From Rhizophagus irregularis (lineage: Eukaryota): 64,000 bases of DNA. The DNA is taken from the NCBI RefSeq assembly GCF_026210795.1, contig NC_089431.1, positions 4,960,001-5,024,000 on the forward strand, in the 5' to 3' direction. The notes beneath the pieces are model-generated. The model was not told the origin of the DNA. It did no database searches and saw only the letters and a program-made list of their open reading frames with translations. Position 1 is the first letter of the stretch. Each line of letters opens with the position of its first letter. Position numbers and translations under genes: made by a program. Of the stretch, positions 27,460 to 41,649 are shown piece after piece.

Positions 27460-30400
27460 TTAGGAATCGATTTCTTTTTCTATACCTTCGTCTTGTTCAT
27501 ATTGTGCAAGAATTTTTTTTGCATCGTCATTTCCACCTTCAGCTGATTCTTTAAGTAACATAAAGGCCTTTTCTTTATCAATATCAACTATAATCCCATG
27601 AAGAAAATAATACCCCAGTTTATATTTCCCGTTTACACATCCTTTATCAGCCGCTTGTTTATAATAATCAAATGCTCTAATGAGATTTTTATTAACACCT
27701 TTACCTATTTCATAAATATTTCCTAGTTCATATAATACAAAATTATTATCATTTTCTGCGGATTTTTTATGAAAATAATTAACTAGATTTAAATCACTTA
27801 TTATATTTTCTTCATTATCATAAATTGATTTAAGAAATTCTATATTTTCTTTTTCAGTTATCTTATCATATAATTCAAATCCTTTTTCTTTATCAATTTT
27901 AGTTCCAATTCCTTTTATATAACAATATCCAAGACTAAGTTTCGCGTTTAAATATCCTTTTTCAGCTGATTTTTTATATAATTCAAATGCCTTAGTTTCA
28001 TTTTTATTTACACTTATTCCTAATTCATAACATATACCTAAATTATCATATGCAAATTCAACTCCATTTTCTGTTGCTTTTTGTAACCAATAAACTGCCT
28101 TTTCCAAATCTTTTTCAGCTTCATTACCCCATAAATATAAGATTCCAAGATTATTTTGTACATTAATACTTCCCTTATCAGCTGCAATTTTGTATAACTC
28201 AAAAGCTTTTGCTTTATTAATATCAGTTCCAATTCCTTTAATATAACAATAACCAAGTTGATATTGAGCATTTAAATATCCTTGATCAGCTGATTTATTA
28301 TAATATTCAAAGGCTTTGATTTTATCTTTTACAGTACCTTTACCATTTTCATATAAATTTCCAAGATTACTTTGTGCAATACATGATCCTTTATCTGCAG
28401 CAATTTTATATAATTCAAACGCCTTAAAATTGTCAACTTCAGTACCAATTCCTGTTTCATAACAATAACCAAGTTGACATTGAGCATTTAAAAATCCTTT
28501 ATCAGCTGATTTTTTATATAATGTAAAAGCTTTAACTTCATCTTTTTCAGTTACTTTACCATTTACATATAAATTTGCAAGATTATATTGGCCAACACGA
28601 GAATCTTTTTCAGCAGCAATAGTGTACAATTCAAATGCTTTTGCATGATTAACTTCAGTTCCAATTCCTAAAGAATAACAATATCCAAGTTCAAGTTGTG
28701 CATTTAAATAATCTTTATCAGCAGATTTTTTATAATATTCAAATGCTTTAATTTCATCTTTATCTACACCCACTCCTGATTTATAACAATTTCCTAAACT
28801 ATATTCTGCTACTTCATATCCACTTTCTGCTGCTTTATTATACCAGTAAATAGTTTGTTCTAAATCTTTTTCTATTCCTTTACCATTTTTATATAAAATT
28901 CCAAGATTATATTGTGCAATAGTATGATTTTTTTTAGCCGCAATTTTATAAATTTCAAATGCTTTTGTTTTATTAGTCTCAGTACCAATTCCACTATCAT
29001 AACAATATCCAAGTTCAAATTGAGCATTTAAATAACCTTGATCTGCTGATTTTTTATAATATTCAAATGCTTTAATTTCTTTGCAGAAACTATAAAATTT
29101 TTTCCGATGTCAATATGATATTGATAAGGCATCGTTAAAACACCAATATTATAATGGTTCATATTCCTATATTGATGCGCCACGAGACAGTTACCATTAA
29201 GTAACGGTAAAATAACTGCACATCATCAGTTATCGTTACAATGTTATCACTATATTATTATACGAATCTTCAAGACATCAAATTAAAGTCGAAAAGATTT
29301 ATTATAATGTATTTATCAGTATCGTATAAATATTAGAACAATTACGTAACGATATATTAACGACATCATTGCATGTTACAACGCATTATTTAATATATAT
29401 CTGATATATTTTCAATGCACATTTAGATTTTATTATATCAAATTGCTAATTAATTCGGGATGTCCTCATTGCACTATCTCCTCCCCTATTTCCTTGTTCT
29501 CTATTTCTTCGTCTATTCCTGCTTTTTGTTTTTTTCGCATTATATATATATATTAGTATAATTAAATATATCAGGCGGTTCCTAGAATATTCGTAATTGT
29601 CCCTTTGTACTGAAATTATTTCTTTGATTTTATTTCCGAAATATGAACCTATTAATTAAAATTAAAAATTAAAAATCTTTTAATTAAAAATACTAGATGC
29701 TTCGCAAGAGGTGACTTCAGGTACCTTAACGATTAAAGCTCTACTTTCAAAGATGTATAACCTGGGAAGAGTTCACGTACAATAATCCCCAGATAAGAGC
29801 TGAAGTTCTAAAAAAGAGAATATGAAAGTCAGTAAAGAAGCGATAGAGAAAAAAAGCAAAAGAACAAGTGAATATAACGTTCATTCCCATTTGGTATTTG
29901 GAAAGTTTAACTGTCATCGTTTGAATTTCTATTTTAATTTACCTTGGCTGTCTCTTTTCTCAGGTTTTCACATTGCTTTTAAATTTTATTATGGGAGTTC
30001 ATACTCAATATAGCGAGAATCTTTGTAATCAATTTTTGCATCCCGTTTAAACCTTACTATCTAAAGTTACTCAAGTAGTTTTAAGTTGGAAGTACTAGTA
30101 ATGCCTAAAAAAAATTAATAAATAGAAAAATATTAATAGACGTTCATAATTAACAAAAATAACAAATAACAAAGTTTTAACTTACCGTTTTTATTTTTCT
30201 CTATAAGTTTGAAACCTATAAAAAGAGAAAAAAAAATAAAAGTTAATAAACTTTTTGTCAAATAATTCAAAACTTCCCTCTCTTACTGATATTAGTAACA
30301 TTAATATCCAAATATCCTGATCCAAATAATCTCCAGATTCTGAGTTGTAAAGGTTTTGGAAGTAATAATATTGTATTAATTTTGTGCGTTCAGCCCTGAT

Positions 30401-33400
30401 TTCGTATATGGTTCCAAAGCTTCAGTAACCATCATGAGGCCAAGATCAGAAGAAGCCGTCTAAAAAAAGAAATAAAATGAAATGACAAGATAGTGAAAAT
30501 TTTATTCATTTTGATTAAACAAATAACAAAGAAAAAAATAGCCTACCTAAGTCCAACGCATACAGGCTCAAAGAACAAATCACTAAAAAAAAGGAAAAAA
30601 TGAAACGTCAGAAAATATTTCGTTATGAGAATTGAATTTAAAAAAAAAAAAGATTGATTTCTTACCAAAATCTATGCGTCCAAAGACTGTAAGAACGGAC
30701 GCCTAAAAAAAGAAAAAGAAAACAAAACATTAGTGACCATTTGTTGGTTCATCAAAATAAGTTAAAAAAACTCAAATACCCAAAAACTTAACCATCTACA
30801 AGAAAAAAAGAAAGAAAGCCCGTTAGAAACTGTTTGTCAAATAAAAAAAAAAGAAAAAAAAAATTTACCGAAAATTTACAGTTTAAAGAAATCCAAAAGG
30901 CCCATCTAAAAAAAGAAAGAAAATGAAATGTTAGTAAATCTTCGTTAAAATAAATTAAATGAAGAACGCGTTAACCTAAAGAACAGTTTCATTAATTATT
31001 AATTTTTTTAACCCATTCCTCACCAAAATTCCACGCGTCCCTTAGCAGTCTAAAGTGAAAGCGTTCGAAAACTGAAATGAAGGAAAACCTATAAAAAAAC
31101 CTAGAAAAAAATAAAAAGAAATGTACTCTTCTATTTGTAACTTCAAACTGAAGTCCAAGGTGTTCTTAAAAAAGAAAAAAGAATGTTAATATAAATATTC
31201 TCAATTAAATAAATAATAATAAAATAAGAAAATCACCTTTTTATTGTACTTGCGATTTTAAAGTTTATGAAGTACGTTCAAAGAGAATAAAAAATTCAAA
31301 ATAGATTTTATAAATTTTTTTGCATGGATCTGGGATTTATTGAGTAAAATGTGTAACGAAAGGAACCAATTATGAACTGACTTATCTTTCAAGCGGGTGG
31401 AGTGGTGGACATTTTGTGTTACCCTTGACAAAACATAAATACTAGTCCTTCATTCCGGACTGCACTTACATCTTACCAAAATCTAAGAAATCCAAAGAGC
31501 TGCCCAAAAAAAATGTGGAATATTAATAAAGTTCGTTAAAAGAAGGATAAAAAATAAAAATTTTACACTTACCAAAATCTCGCGTCCAGAGAGATCCGAA
31601 AAATGGTAAAAAAATAAAAAGAGGAAACAATAAAGCCAATATTCTTTCAAAAAATAAAAAAGATAAAAAAATAAAGGGAAGTTTCGATAGTTCAATCAAA
31701 ACTATTCAAAAAACTAAAAAAAAAAGTTTCGAAATCTCAAAAAGTTAAAAAAAAATAAGTATAATAGATAATAAAAAGGAAGTTTAACAACGGTTATTAT
31801 TAAGTGATGCACGTGATCGATTATCTTAACATCAGATTATACGGCGTTAGTATAGACTGTTAGAGTGTTAGACTTATTAATAAATAGATGTGATTTATAT
31901 CACATGCGTCAATTGTCATTGTGATTGGTAAAATCGTCTTTTTAAAAGTATTGATTAAACTGTTGAAACTTTTTATTTTTTTTTTTTAATCTTCTTTTAA
32001 AAGTTTCGATCAAGCTATCGAAACTTCTTTTTCTTAATTCTTTTTTTAAAAGTTTTGATCAAACTGTCCGAAACTATCAAAACTTTTTTTAATTTTTTTT
32101 TTAAAACTTTTTTTTAAATTTTAATTAATTAATCTTTTTTTTTTTAATCATTTTTTTTAAAAGTAACTATCGAAACTTTTTTTTTAAAAGTCTCGATCAA
32201 ACTATTTAATTAATTATTTATTTTTATTTTATTTTCAATCTGCCAAACTTTATCAATTGTTTTTTAAGTTTAATCGAACTGTCAAACTTTTTTAACTTTT
32301 TTTGAAAAGTTTTGAGTTTTTTTTTAGTTTGAAATTTTGAAACTTTCTTTTTTTTTAGATTTGGACGGATCAGGAATCGAAAAAGACAAGATTCGTCAAG
32401 AAATTTTGTTGATTTTTTTTTAACCTTTTATTGACGTTCCTCTATTTTCTTTTTGCAAGATTCAGGTCCGGAAGTTTCATATGTATCTACAATTTTTTTT
32501 GAACTTCAGAAGTATTCTTACTAACTATTTGGTTCTTTCTTTTTTAGGTAATTAGTTTTTTAGGTCTTTGAGTTTGGATGTGTAGAATTTCACAATATTT
32601 ATTGTCTTATTTTATTAACATTTCTTATTTCTCTCTTTTTCAGATAGATTGCAGGTATTTTGTTGCATGGGAATTTAATACTAAGTGTTCACAAAATATT
32701 TACTAATGTTTCATTTTACTCTTTAGATTATGAATTTAGTTGGATTATTTCTTTTTTGAGCAGCTAACTATTCGGGTCTCCTTGTACGTACTGGTTTTCA
32801 TATTTTGATAAGTATTTTTTTCCTTTATTTATTTATATTAATGAACAATTACTTACACTTCATTCTTTTTTTCTTAGACGGCTTCTTCCAGTTTCTCTAG
32901 TATGCAAGATTTTGGAGAGCTTTTGTTTTCTTTTAAATTGAAAAAAGACGAAAGACTGTAAAGGAGAAATGAATGCTTATGGGGATAAGTAACTGACAAA
33001 GAAAGAAAAAAAATAATATAGGATTAGGGTTAGGGTTAGAGGGGTAAGGCCGTAGGGGTCATTGGTTCCCACTTTGTTATAGTTGTGTCACCAGGGGCGC
33101 TTTGTCAACGGAAATTCAGTACGTTGATCGCTTAAAAATCCGCGGCTATCCAATTATAACAAGAGGAACATTAGATAATCATGCATATATATTTTTACAT
33201 ATTGAAATAATATTATTAATTACAAATGGAAAAGATTTTTAATTAGATTGTAATTTAAATTGTTAATTGTTATATTTGAGTTATTTGTGGTTTTACGAAA
33301 ATTTTATGTTGTTAGCAAAGTAATTTATAATGTTTTTAAAATACTGTGAAAATACCTATAATACGCTTTTCTATGTATATTTTCAATGAATTAACAATAT

Positions 33401-34709
33401 TATAAAAAGAATTGTTCCGATGCGGTCAAAATACTGTGCAAATCTCATTGTAATACTGGATTAACATCGGAACAATTCATTAATAAAAAAGGATCGTCAC
33501 ATTACCCTAAATATATCTTGCATATATCTTAGTAATGACGTAATGATACCTCGCAAAAATTCAAGGTTTCTGCAAAGTTCATCTTTTTCTACACCTTTTC
33601 CATATTTATAACAACCAGCTAAATTATATACTGCCACTTCATTTCCATCCTCTGCTGCTTTTTTATACCGTTTAAAAGCTTCCTCCAAATTCTTTTCAAC
33701 TTCTTGTGACTCTTTATCACTGTTTGTAACCTTAGTAATATCTAATGTAGATTTTTGTTTTGACATAGATATACGAGGTAATGATTCCTTAATGTCATTT
33801 TCCAAAAAATGATTTAATAATTCTTTATATAATTCCTTTGATAAAATTTTTTTATAAGGCAATACCTTTTTTGAAAATTCTATTGAATTTAAATTATGAA
33901 ATCTAATAAAAGGAATACATTGTTGTAGGGTGTTTTTTAAAGTATTGAAATCATCCTTTGAAAAATTTGTGGGATCAGAAGGAAGTCCTGGATTTTGAGC
34001 GAGTCCCCATTTAATTACATATTCCCATACTTGAATTTCTTTCATTTTAAGATTATCATTTTGGATAAGCGTGATTAGAAGTCTTTCTGGAATTGTAGAA
34101 AAATTTGGAGAATTAAATCTCTTGTCTGGTTCTTTAGAAATTAAATCAGTACAATATTTTTGAAGTTCTAAGAAAGAATCGTTTTCAAAACTTGTCTGAT
34201 ATATTAATTCAAAATTTTGTTCCAACCAGTTTGTTCTGTTTTTAATTAAAAAAGATTCTATATAAGGAATTAACTCTTGAAGGTTAAGTTCGCTAGCAAT
34301 AACCAAGATTTTAATGATATCTGAAATATCATATTCTTCCAAAGAAAGTTTTCCTCCATAAATATATCTGAAAAAGAATTAGTTGTTTGTAATTAAAAAT
34401 ATATATATTACACAAGTTAACGCAAAAAGAATAAAATGTAAAACTCTTGTACCTTAATAATACATGAAAAAATTCAGGTGAAATATTTGGTAATTTAATA
34501 TTTGTCAAAATTCCATCATTTTTCTTTTTATTAGTTGATAAAATTCTACGCAAATAAGGAGAACGATAATTTAGAATAACTATATGGGCACGAAATACTT
34601 TAATATAAGGGTCACTGCCAACTTCAATTGTAATATCATAAAATTCTTCATCATTTAAAATTTCAAGTAAATTTTGTGATAATTTCGGTAAAAATTTATT
34701 ATCAGCCAT
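27460..34709 (-). pseudogene. BTB-BACK-Sel1-repeat protein gene interrupted by a 4.5-kb insertion
   Basis: ATG at 34709 (MADNKFL), BTB exon, BACK exon running to GKGVEKDE; removing 29079-33577 and one TT restores KDE-IKAFEYYKKSADQG in frame with roughly 14-15 Sel1 repeats ending at 27460. Confidence 0.88.
29079..33577. mobile_element. 4499-bp non-autonomous TIR element with 2-bp TSD (CMC-like, unclassified)
   Basis: Perfect 12-bp TIR CTTTGCAGAAAC; TT duplicated relative to the reconstructed gene; no long ORF. Confidence 0.85.
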
Positions 34710-36060
34710 TATAATCTTGAAAGGAAAGAAAGGAAAGGGTGAGAAAAAATTCAAACTTCCAAGCTTTTTTTTTGGACAAAGTTGATCGGTTAAATTACTT
34801 CCGTATAGTAACTTAATGTGCTACGTTCCACAAACTAACTTATAAAGCATTAAATCGCAAATTTATTTCCACTTACGCAATTAATTGTTGATTTTCATGT
34901 GATGGGTAAAAATTTTGTGCAACCATTGCGGGGCTATGATTTATAATTAAAATAAATACGTTTTGAATCTCGCGTTCTCAATTTTCAAAATGTCAAAAGG
35001 AAAATTTACCCTGGAAAACTTGTTGCTATTGGTAACCTGGTGGCAGAACCTCATCATGGTCTTTTTTCACAAGATTGGTGGTTATTATTCTGACTCCCAA
35101 ATTCAAGATTCAATACCTACCTGGATACAATTTTTTTTTGAAACGGATAACTCCATAACAGCATTATGGTTATCCGGTTTAAAGCTCTAAAATTTAGGCT
35201 TTATTAAAATCTCATTATACAACGTATCTTCGTTTACCATGGTAGAATTCTTGTAATAAATGCATGATTTGTCACCATTCATTTAATCAAGGGCATAATA
35301 TTGTATTTATTAAATAATATTTTAATTAATTGATGAATATTATTTTTCCATCTTAAAAAATAATTAACAAATAACCATCTAAGTTATTATTTGATAATTC
35401 AATTAATGTTTCAAATTTATAATTTAACTTATTTTTAGAATATATAAAAGAATATGAGCTCAATCTAAATGATATTCGAAGGTTTTATAATTTTATTATT
35501 ATAATTATAATTATAGGCCAAGTAAAAGTCTTATTATTGAAAATTCACAAATTCAAACACTCAGCAAGTAATTTATACTGGGGTCAAAAATCCAAAAATT
35601 AAATGGCGTCATCAATCAATTATGATTATTAATCAAGCAAATTAAAGTTTTATGAATTACTAGTTTACATAGACAAACCTATTATGTTTACTTAGTTTAG
35701 TTTATAAAGAAGATAGAAGTTAAAACCTTTATGAAAGTGTTCACCACTTCGCTCATCATTTTATTTTTACTTCAGGTAAAAAAAATACGTGTATTACTTG
35801 TGAGTAGAATTGTACGATATAATGTACATTATATTGATCTTTGAATTAAAAAGGTTAAGACAATGCAATGTTGCAAAATTTTTACAGTTTATATAAATTC
35901 GATCTTGTCATTAAAGTAATTTCATCTAATTCAAATTGAAAAAAATGGTACATAATTATTTCAAGAATTTTCGACTAAAATGATACAAATCAATAGACAA
36001 CACTCTAGATCAATTGATAAGTTCTATATATTTTCGTGTTTTCTGTTATAAATCGATTTC

Positions 36061-36101
36061 ATTATCATCACGGCTCCGTCGTGATGATAAATAATATCTA
36101 G
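36061..36101 (+). mobile_element. Helitron-like 3' terminus
   Basis: Hairpin TTATCATCACG-GCTCCGT-CGTGATGATAA followed by CTAG|T; 5' end not defined. Confidence 0.5.
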
Positions 36102-36888
36102 TACTGCTTACGTATTTTGTTGAATAAAGTATCCAAAATTATAATTTAATATATTAAGTGAAACAAAATGATAAAAAATGATTCATTCTATGCAAATAAT
36201 ATTTTAAATAAGATATCTAAAAGGTGATCAATATTGATATTCAATATTGATATTAATAGTTTATTTGCGTACAATATCGAATATCGATAGTTAATTTGAG
36301 CATGATCTACTTTATTTAAACTTTTCCTATAAAAATTTCATTTACACCATATTTTTACTCCACTTTATTATATCAATCATATATTATTGCCATGCCTAAT
36401 AAAATATCGGTCTATGAAAATCTGCATGATCTTATTGGGCTGAACAATAATGGAATATAAAATAATATAAAATTCTTTAAATAAAGATGCATCGGATATA
36501 AATAATTTCATTAGTTATATTACGACAATTACATTTTATAATTAATAATATTATTAATAAAGCTATGATTTCACAAAAATTTAAATATCAATTATAATTA
36601 TTTAACTTTTTTGCAAAAGATTATTATCAATTCCGAGATTTTATTGTTTGAAAAAAACGTACAAATCATATTTGCTATTGATAAACTGTAACTACTGGAA
36701 CTTCTATAAATTTATACAGTTTCCTTAAATAAGATAAGAAAATATTTGTAATATATACCTTAAACCAAAAAAAAAACCAGAAATATAAATATACCATGAT
36801 GTAAATATTGTACGGTGGTATTTATATTGGTTAATACCACTTCGTGACGTTAGTTAACAAATATAAATACAACATCGTACAATATTCA

Positions 36889-38843
36889 TTACCTACAGTA
36901 CACAACCTGTGATAATAATCTTGCTAAAAGGTTAATATCGAATTCAACTTCCTCTATATTTAAATTAAAGAAATTAGGTTTATAATATGATAAATTAAAA
37001 GTTACAATTTATATATAAAAAGTATATTTACATACCATTATTAAGCTTCGTATCGATATCTAATTTCTCTTTTAATATAGTCTAAAGGATATATACAAGA
37101 TTTATTAAGTCAAATTATGAAATTGATACGCTGTTGAAAGTTAATTACCTCCTTCATCTTCATATAACTTTTTTCTTTTAATACTTTGACCTATATATAA
37201 TTTTCAATTAAAAGCATTAGATTTATTAAATTTATTTGCAATTGACAAATACTATCATACCGTCATCATTATTATCATTATGACTTTCAATTAAACCATC
37301 CTCAAATCTTTTGACTTTTTCTAAATTAGTAGGTTGACTTCTTAAATCCCTTAAAAACATTGCAGTATTAATCATGGCACTTAAAGGTCTGCTTTTATAA
37401 ATAGCACCTGGATAATTTAATGCTATAGGTCCAATATCTGATGATCTTATAATTCTAGTTTGTATTCCATTTTTATGATTATGAATTCGAATACTTCCAA
37501 CTCTTTTATGTATATCATCAGCTGTCGGTCTTTTATTTGGATCAGTATACCAGCATTCTTTCATTAACTCAATATAACCTTCGGGTGCATTTGTGACAAT
37601 TGGTGGTCGTAAACCATCACAAATATCAATGATAAGCTTTGTATCATGATTTCGATCCCAAAAAGGTCTTCTACATGTCATTAACTCCCACATAATCATT
37701 CCGAAACTATATATATCTGAAGATTTATCATATTTTTGTCTTTGAAAAATTTCTGGTGCCATATAAGGAATAATACCATAACTTTCATTATCATTTCCAG
37801 ATTCAAATGCAGATTTATTTATACCAAGATCTCCTATTGTTGTAATATTAACAAATTGCCCATCATTTTCTCTATTGAAAAGGATATTTCCGCTATGAAA
37901 ATCCCTGTGGATAATATTTAACTTATGTATTTGAGCAAGTCCATATGCTATACCACCTAATCTTTCTAACTTTGTTTCCCAGCTAATATTATAAAAATCT
38001 TTAGTGATATAATGTATCAAATCACCTGAATCATAATATGGCATAATAATCATGATATCTTGAGAATTAGGGTCTCGAGTAATTCCAAAATAATTGCCAA
38101 CATAATTATAATGATTGCATCTATATTTTGAGGATGATTCATAAAATATCTTGATCTAAAATGAAGAAAGCATATTAATTTATTATCTTATAAATGGTAA
38201 GATACTAAAAGTGCCGCCCGTTATAATAATACTCTTTGGGTCATTAGTAAATTTTTCTAATTGTCGTTATAATGAGATTTATTATGTTTTTATATAATGG
38301 CATCAAAGGAATTAAAAATAAAATGATGTTATAACGGGTAGCACTGCTTGTATGTAGTATGTACTGTACCTCATTCAACTCCCCAGATGTGATGTTTCTA
38401 GAATCATTAATTTTTTTTAAGACAACTGTATAATTTGGGACACGATAATCTCCTCTTTTACGTTTATAATTAGTAACTGGGCCGTCAATCCAAGTAGCTT
38501 TATAAATTGTACTAAAACCTCCTTCAGCAATAAATTCTATTTTAATGAATTGTTCAAAAGGAACAAATTCCAACTTCCCATTTTTAGTAATAACATTAAT
38601 TTGTGTATAATTGATAAAGTCATCAATAAATTTGTTTCCACTTGGACCATGATTGTATACCATCCTTATTTTGTTACAAACAAGGCACACCTGATGACTA
38701 TCCAAAACTTTTCTCCTTTTATTACATTCGACACAATTCTTTATTACGAAATTTGGTTCAACAGTTTGTGCTGGTTGAACTAAAGACATACTGTTTGATA
38801 ATAAAAATTCAATTTTATGTTTATAATTTGTTGACTGATTCAT
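36889..38843 (-). CDS. Tyrosine-kinase-like protein kinase, kinase domain intact
   Basis: Exon 38843-38370 (CxxC..CxxC, AEGGFSTIY, VVLKK) splices in frame to the exon from 38155 (HRDFHSGN, DLG, YMAPE, DIYSFG); small 3' exons, end approximate. Confidence 0.85.
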
Positions 38844-39112
38844 TCTTTCTTTTTTAAAAAAAAAGGATTATGTACTTAAAGTCAAGGAATACTGTTGTAT
38901 AACAATAATATATACGTTTTTATATTAAATTGTTAAAAAGGGAATTTTTTTTTCGAATTATATAAACAATTTCTAAAGACTTTAATAAGCATACAACTTT
39001 CCAAAAATGTTTGTTGGAATTCTATATATAATATGCAAAGAATTCCATAGTCCTACGTGATACTGCATATCTGCATATCATCAGCTGATTATAAGATTGG
39101 ATTAGTCTGATC

Positions 39113-40085
39113 TATGGACGATCACGGTTCGAACTGAACTGAAACGGTCCGGTTCAGTTCAATCCATAACTGAACTATGGTTCAAGTTAATATAAAAAAA
39201 AAATATAAAAATTGTGAATTTGTGATCTACCGACCCGGCCGGGATATGAAATCCGAATTTATAACTTTGTGTCGTCTTAATAAATATTATAAGTTTAAGT
39301 TTATTATTTTTATATTAATTCAGATAAATTTTCACTGTTTCTTTTCATTTATATTTAACTTTTAAAAAATACTATTAAATTTATGTTAAGTGGTTAAACT
39401 GGAAATAGTTTAGTTCAGTTCTGAACTGAACCTTTGTAAGATAATAAAATAGTTTATATTTTATAATATCATGTGATAACTGCATGTTTTACAGAAATCA
39501 ATATCATAAATTGAGACAGACATTACTTTAAAGAAAATTTCTCATTCTAATAAAATGAAAAAAAAAAAAGATTAGCAATTTTATTTATTTATTTTATTAA
39601 ATATTTTACAATTGATTTTCCACGCCAAAAATTTAATATCATTTCATTTAACCTAAAACTGTTAACATATGAAAATTATTGATCGGATAGATAAATTTTA
39701 TTGATTAAAAATTTTTGAATTTTAAAATAAAAAATCCGGGCGGACGGGTCAAAAAAGGCAAATTGTGATATAAAAACCGAATTTATAACTTTACGTCGCT
39801 TTATTTTGTGTTTTAATTGTGATGATTGTAATGTATTTATCAAGCGAATAATTTATGATTTATATATAATTTAAATTATTTAATTAGATAATTTGAAGCA
39901 ACAAACCAAATAAATTCGTTCAATCAATTAAAATGATTTAATTCAGTTCAGTTTGGTTCAAACCGAGTTGAGTTGATCGAACCTGAACTGTATTTACCTG
40001 GTTCGGTTCAAGGTGTGAACGAACTAAACCATGAACTAAGTGACTCAGTTTGAACCACTGGTTAACTGAACTGGGACCATCCCTA
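39113..40085. mobile_element. Old hAT-like non-autonomous element containing two Zator-like ends
   Basis: Degenerate TIR TA(G/T)GGA(T/C)G(G/A)TC.C.GTTC, subterminal GAACT/AGTTC repeats; no clean TSD. Confidence 0.5.
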
Positions 40086-40412
40086 GTTTGGGAATTTCAC
40101 GCTGTGCCTAGTATTTGATGCAGAGATTTGTAGAAGCGAATCAACTATTTGAAAAATACTTTCTAAAAAAAAATAAAGTCAATTTGTATTGTAATTTTTA
40201 AATATTGGATAAACATTAATTAAAATGATCGTCAAAAAAATCTCCAAAAATAAAAACTTATGTAAAGTATCATCAAAATTTATTAATATAGTTGATGGTA
40301 CACCTCATGGTTACATCGTCATATTTTTTAGAAAGATTCTGTAATGTAAAGTTAGTATTAGCCATAATATTTATTTGACAGTTTAATTAAATCATTATTA
40401 ATATATGAATTC

Positions 40413-40535
40413 GGGTCTGGTACCAAATCCCGAATGTCAAAATTTAGAACCGACCAACATTATGCTTAATGCTGGTCGATTTTTCGGGATTTCGTACCAT
40501 CCGGGATTTTGACATTCGGATTTTGTACGAATCCC
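40413..40535. mobile_element. 123-bp mini element, Mutator-like
   Basis: GGG..CCC ends, perfect 8-bp flanking duplication ATGAATTC, internal inverted repeats. Confidence 0.75.
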
Positions 40536-41649
40536 ATGAATTCTTAAATAAATGCGATTAAATAGTCCATTTTATGGAAAAAAAAATAATACTTAACAGA
40601 TCATTTAAAAATAATATAATTATAAAGTCTTTTTTAAACCCACTCTTATTGATGCCTTTATTAAAATATAATTGTTAAAAAATGTTCTTTTACGAATTTC
40701 ACATAAAATTTCTAGAAGTTTTTAATGGAAATTTTAATTTTCTATAAAATCTTGATGCATCAAATATAATAAAAGAACTTTATATATTGTTATGCATGAA
40801 ATGCATGAAATCGAATGATCACTATATTTATTTTGTTCGAAAAAATTATTGGAAAAGGATTCTAGTCCCACCGGACGATGAAGTAATATGGCGCAGTTTT
40901 AATCGTCATTCGTTGGTCATTTGACGCAAAATTCTAAGCCCAATTTTTTCTCACATACGAAACTTTTATAATAAAACGTTTTTAATTTTTTTTTTGTGTG
41001 TTCGGTTTTCAATATTTTGCACATGTTCAACATAAAATCGGTTCGTCGGTTCTAATTCGGTTCCACATCGGCTCCAATTCGGAACGGTTTTATGGCTAAA
41101 AGTAGGTTTAAACCCAGGAGATCCAGAATAAATTTAGGCTCGGTTCTAGAATCGAGTCGATTCATTTTAAACCGATTCTATCCCTATTTATAACGCGTAT
41201 CATACAGTGAGAAACACTGATAGTCAATAGAATTAACTGATTAAATTCGAACGAAAAAGTATAATTTTAAAATTTAATACCTACGTATTCCTGTGATTCA
41301 ATTTAAATGATTCTAAAAGACTTAATAAAGCTTGTCCTAATACTTCAAATTATCTTAGCGTGACTATACGTAATACGTAGTTATGACCATTTAAAAATTT
41401 TAAATATATATAATACTATTAAAGTATAAATTATGTGAAATGTTTAGTTTATTCAATAAACTTAAACCTATTAAAATATAAATAAAAAATTTGTTAACTT
41501 AACATTTGTTTAGCTCTATAATTTAAGTAAAAAGTAAAACTTTTGTTTGAACTGGCAGAAATTCAATAATCGTCAAAAATTTTCATTAATACATTTTTAC
41601 GATACATTTTTATAAGTTTTATTTTCTAGTTAAATAGTTTTTATAAAAA

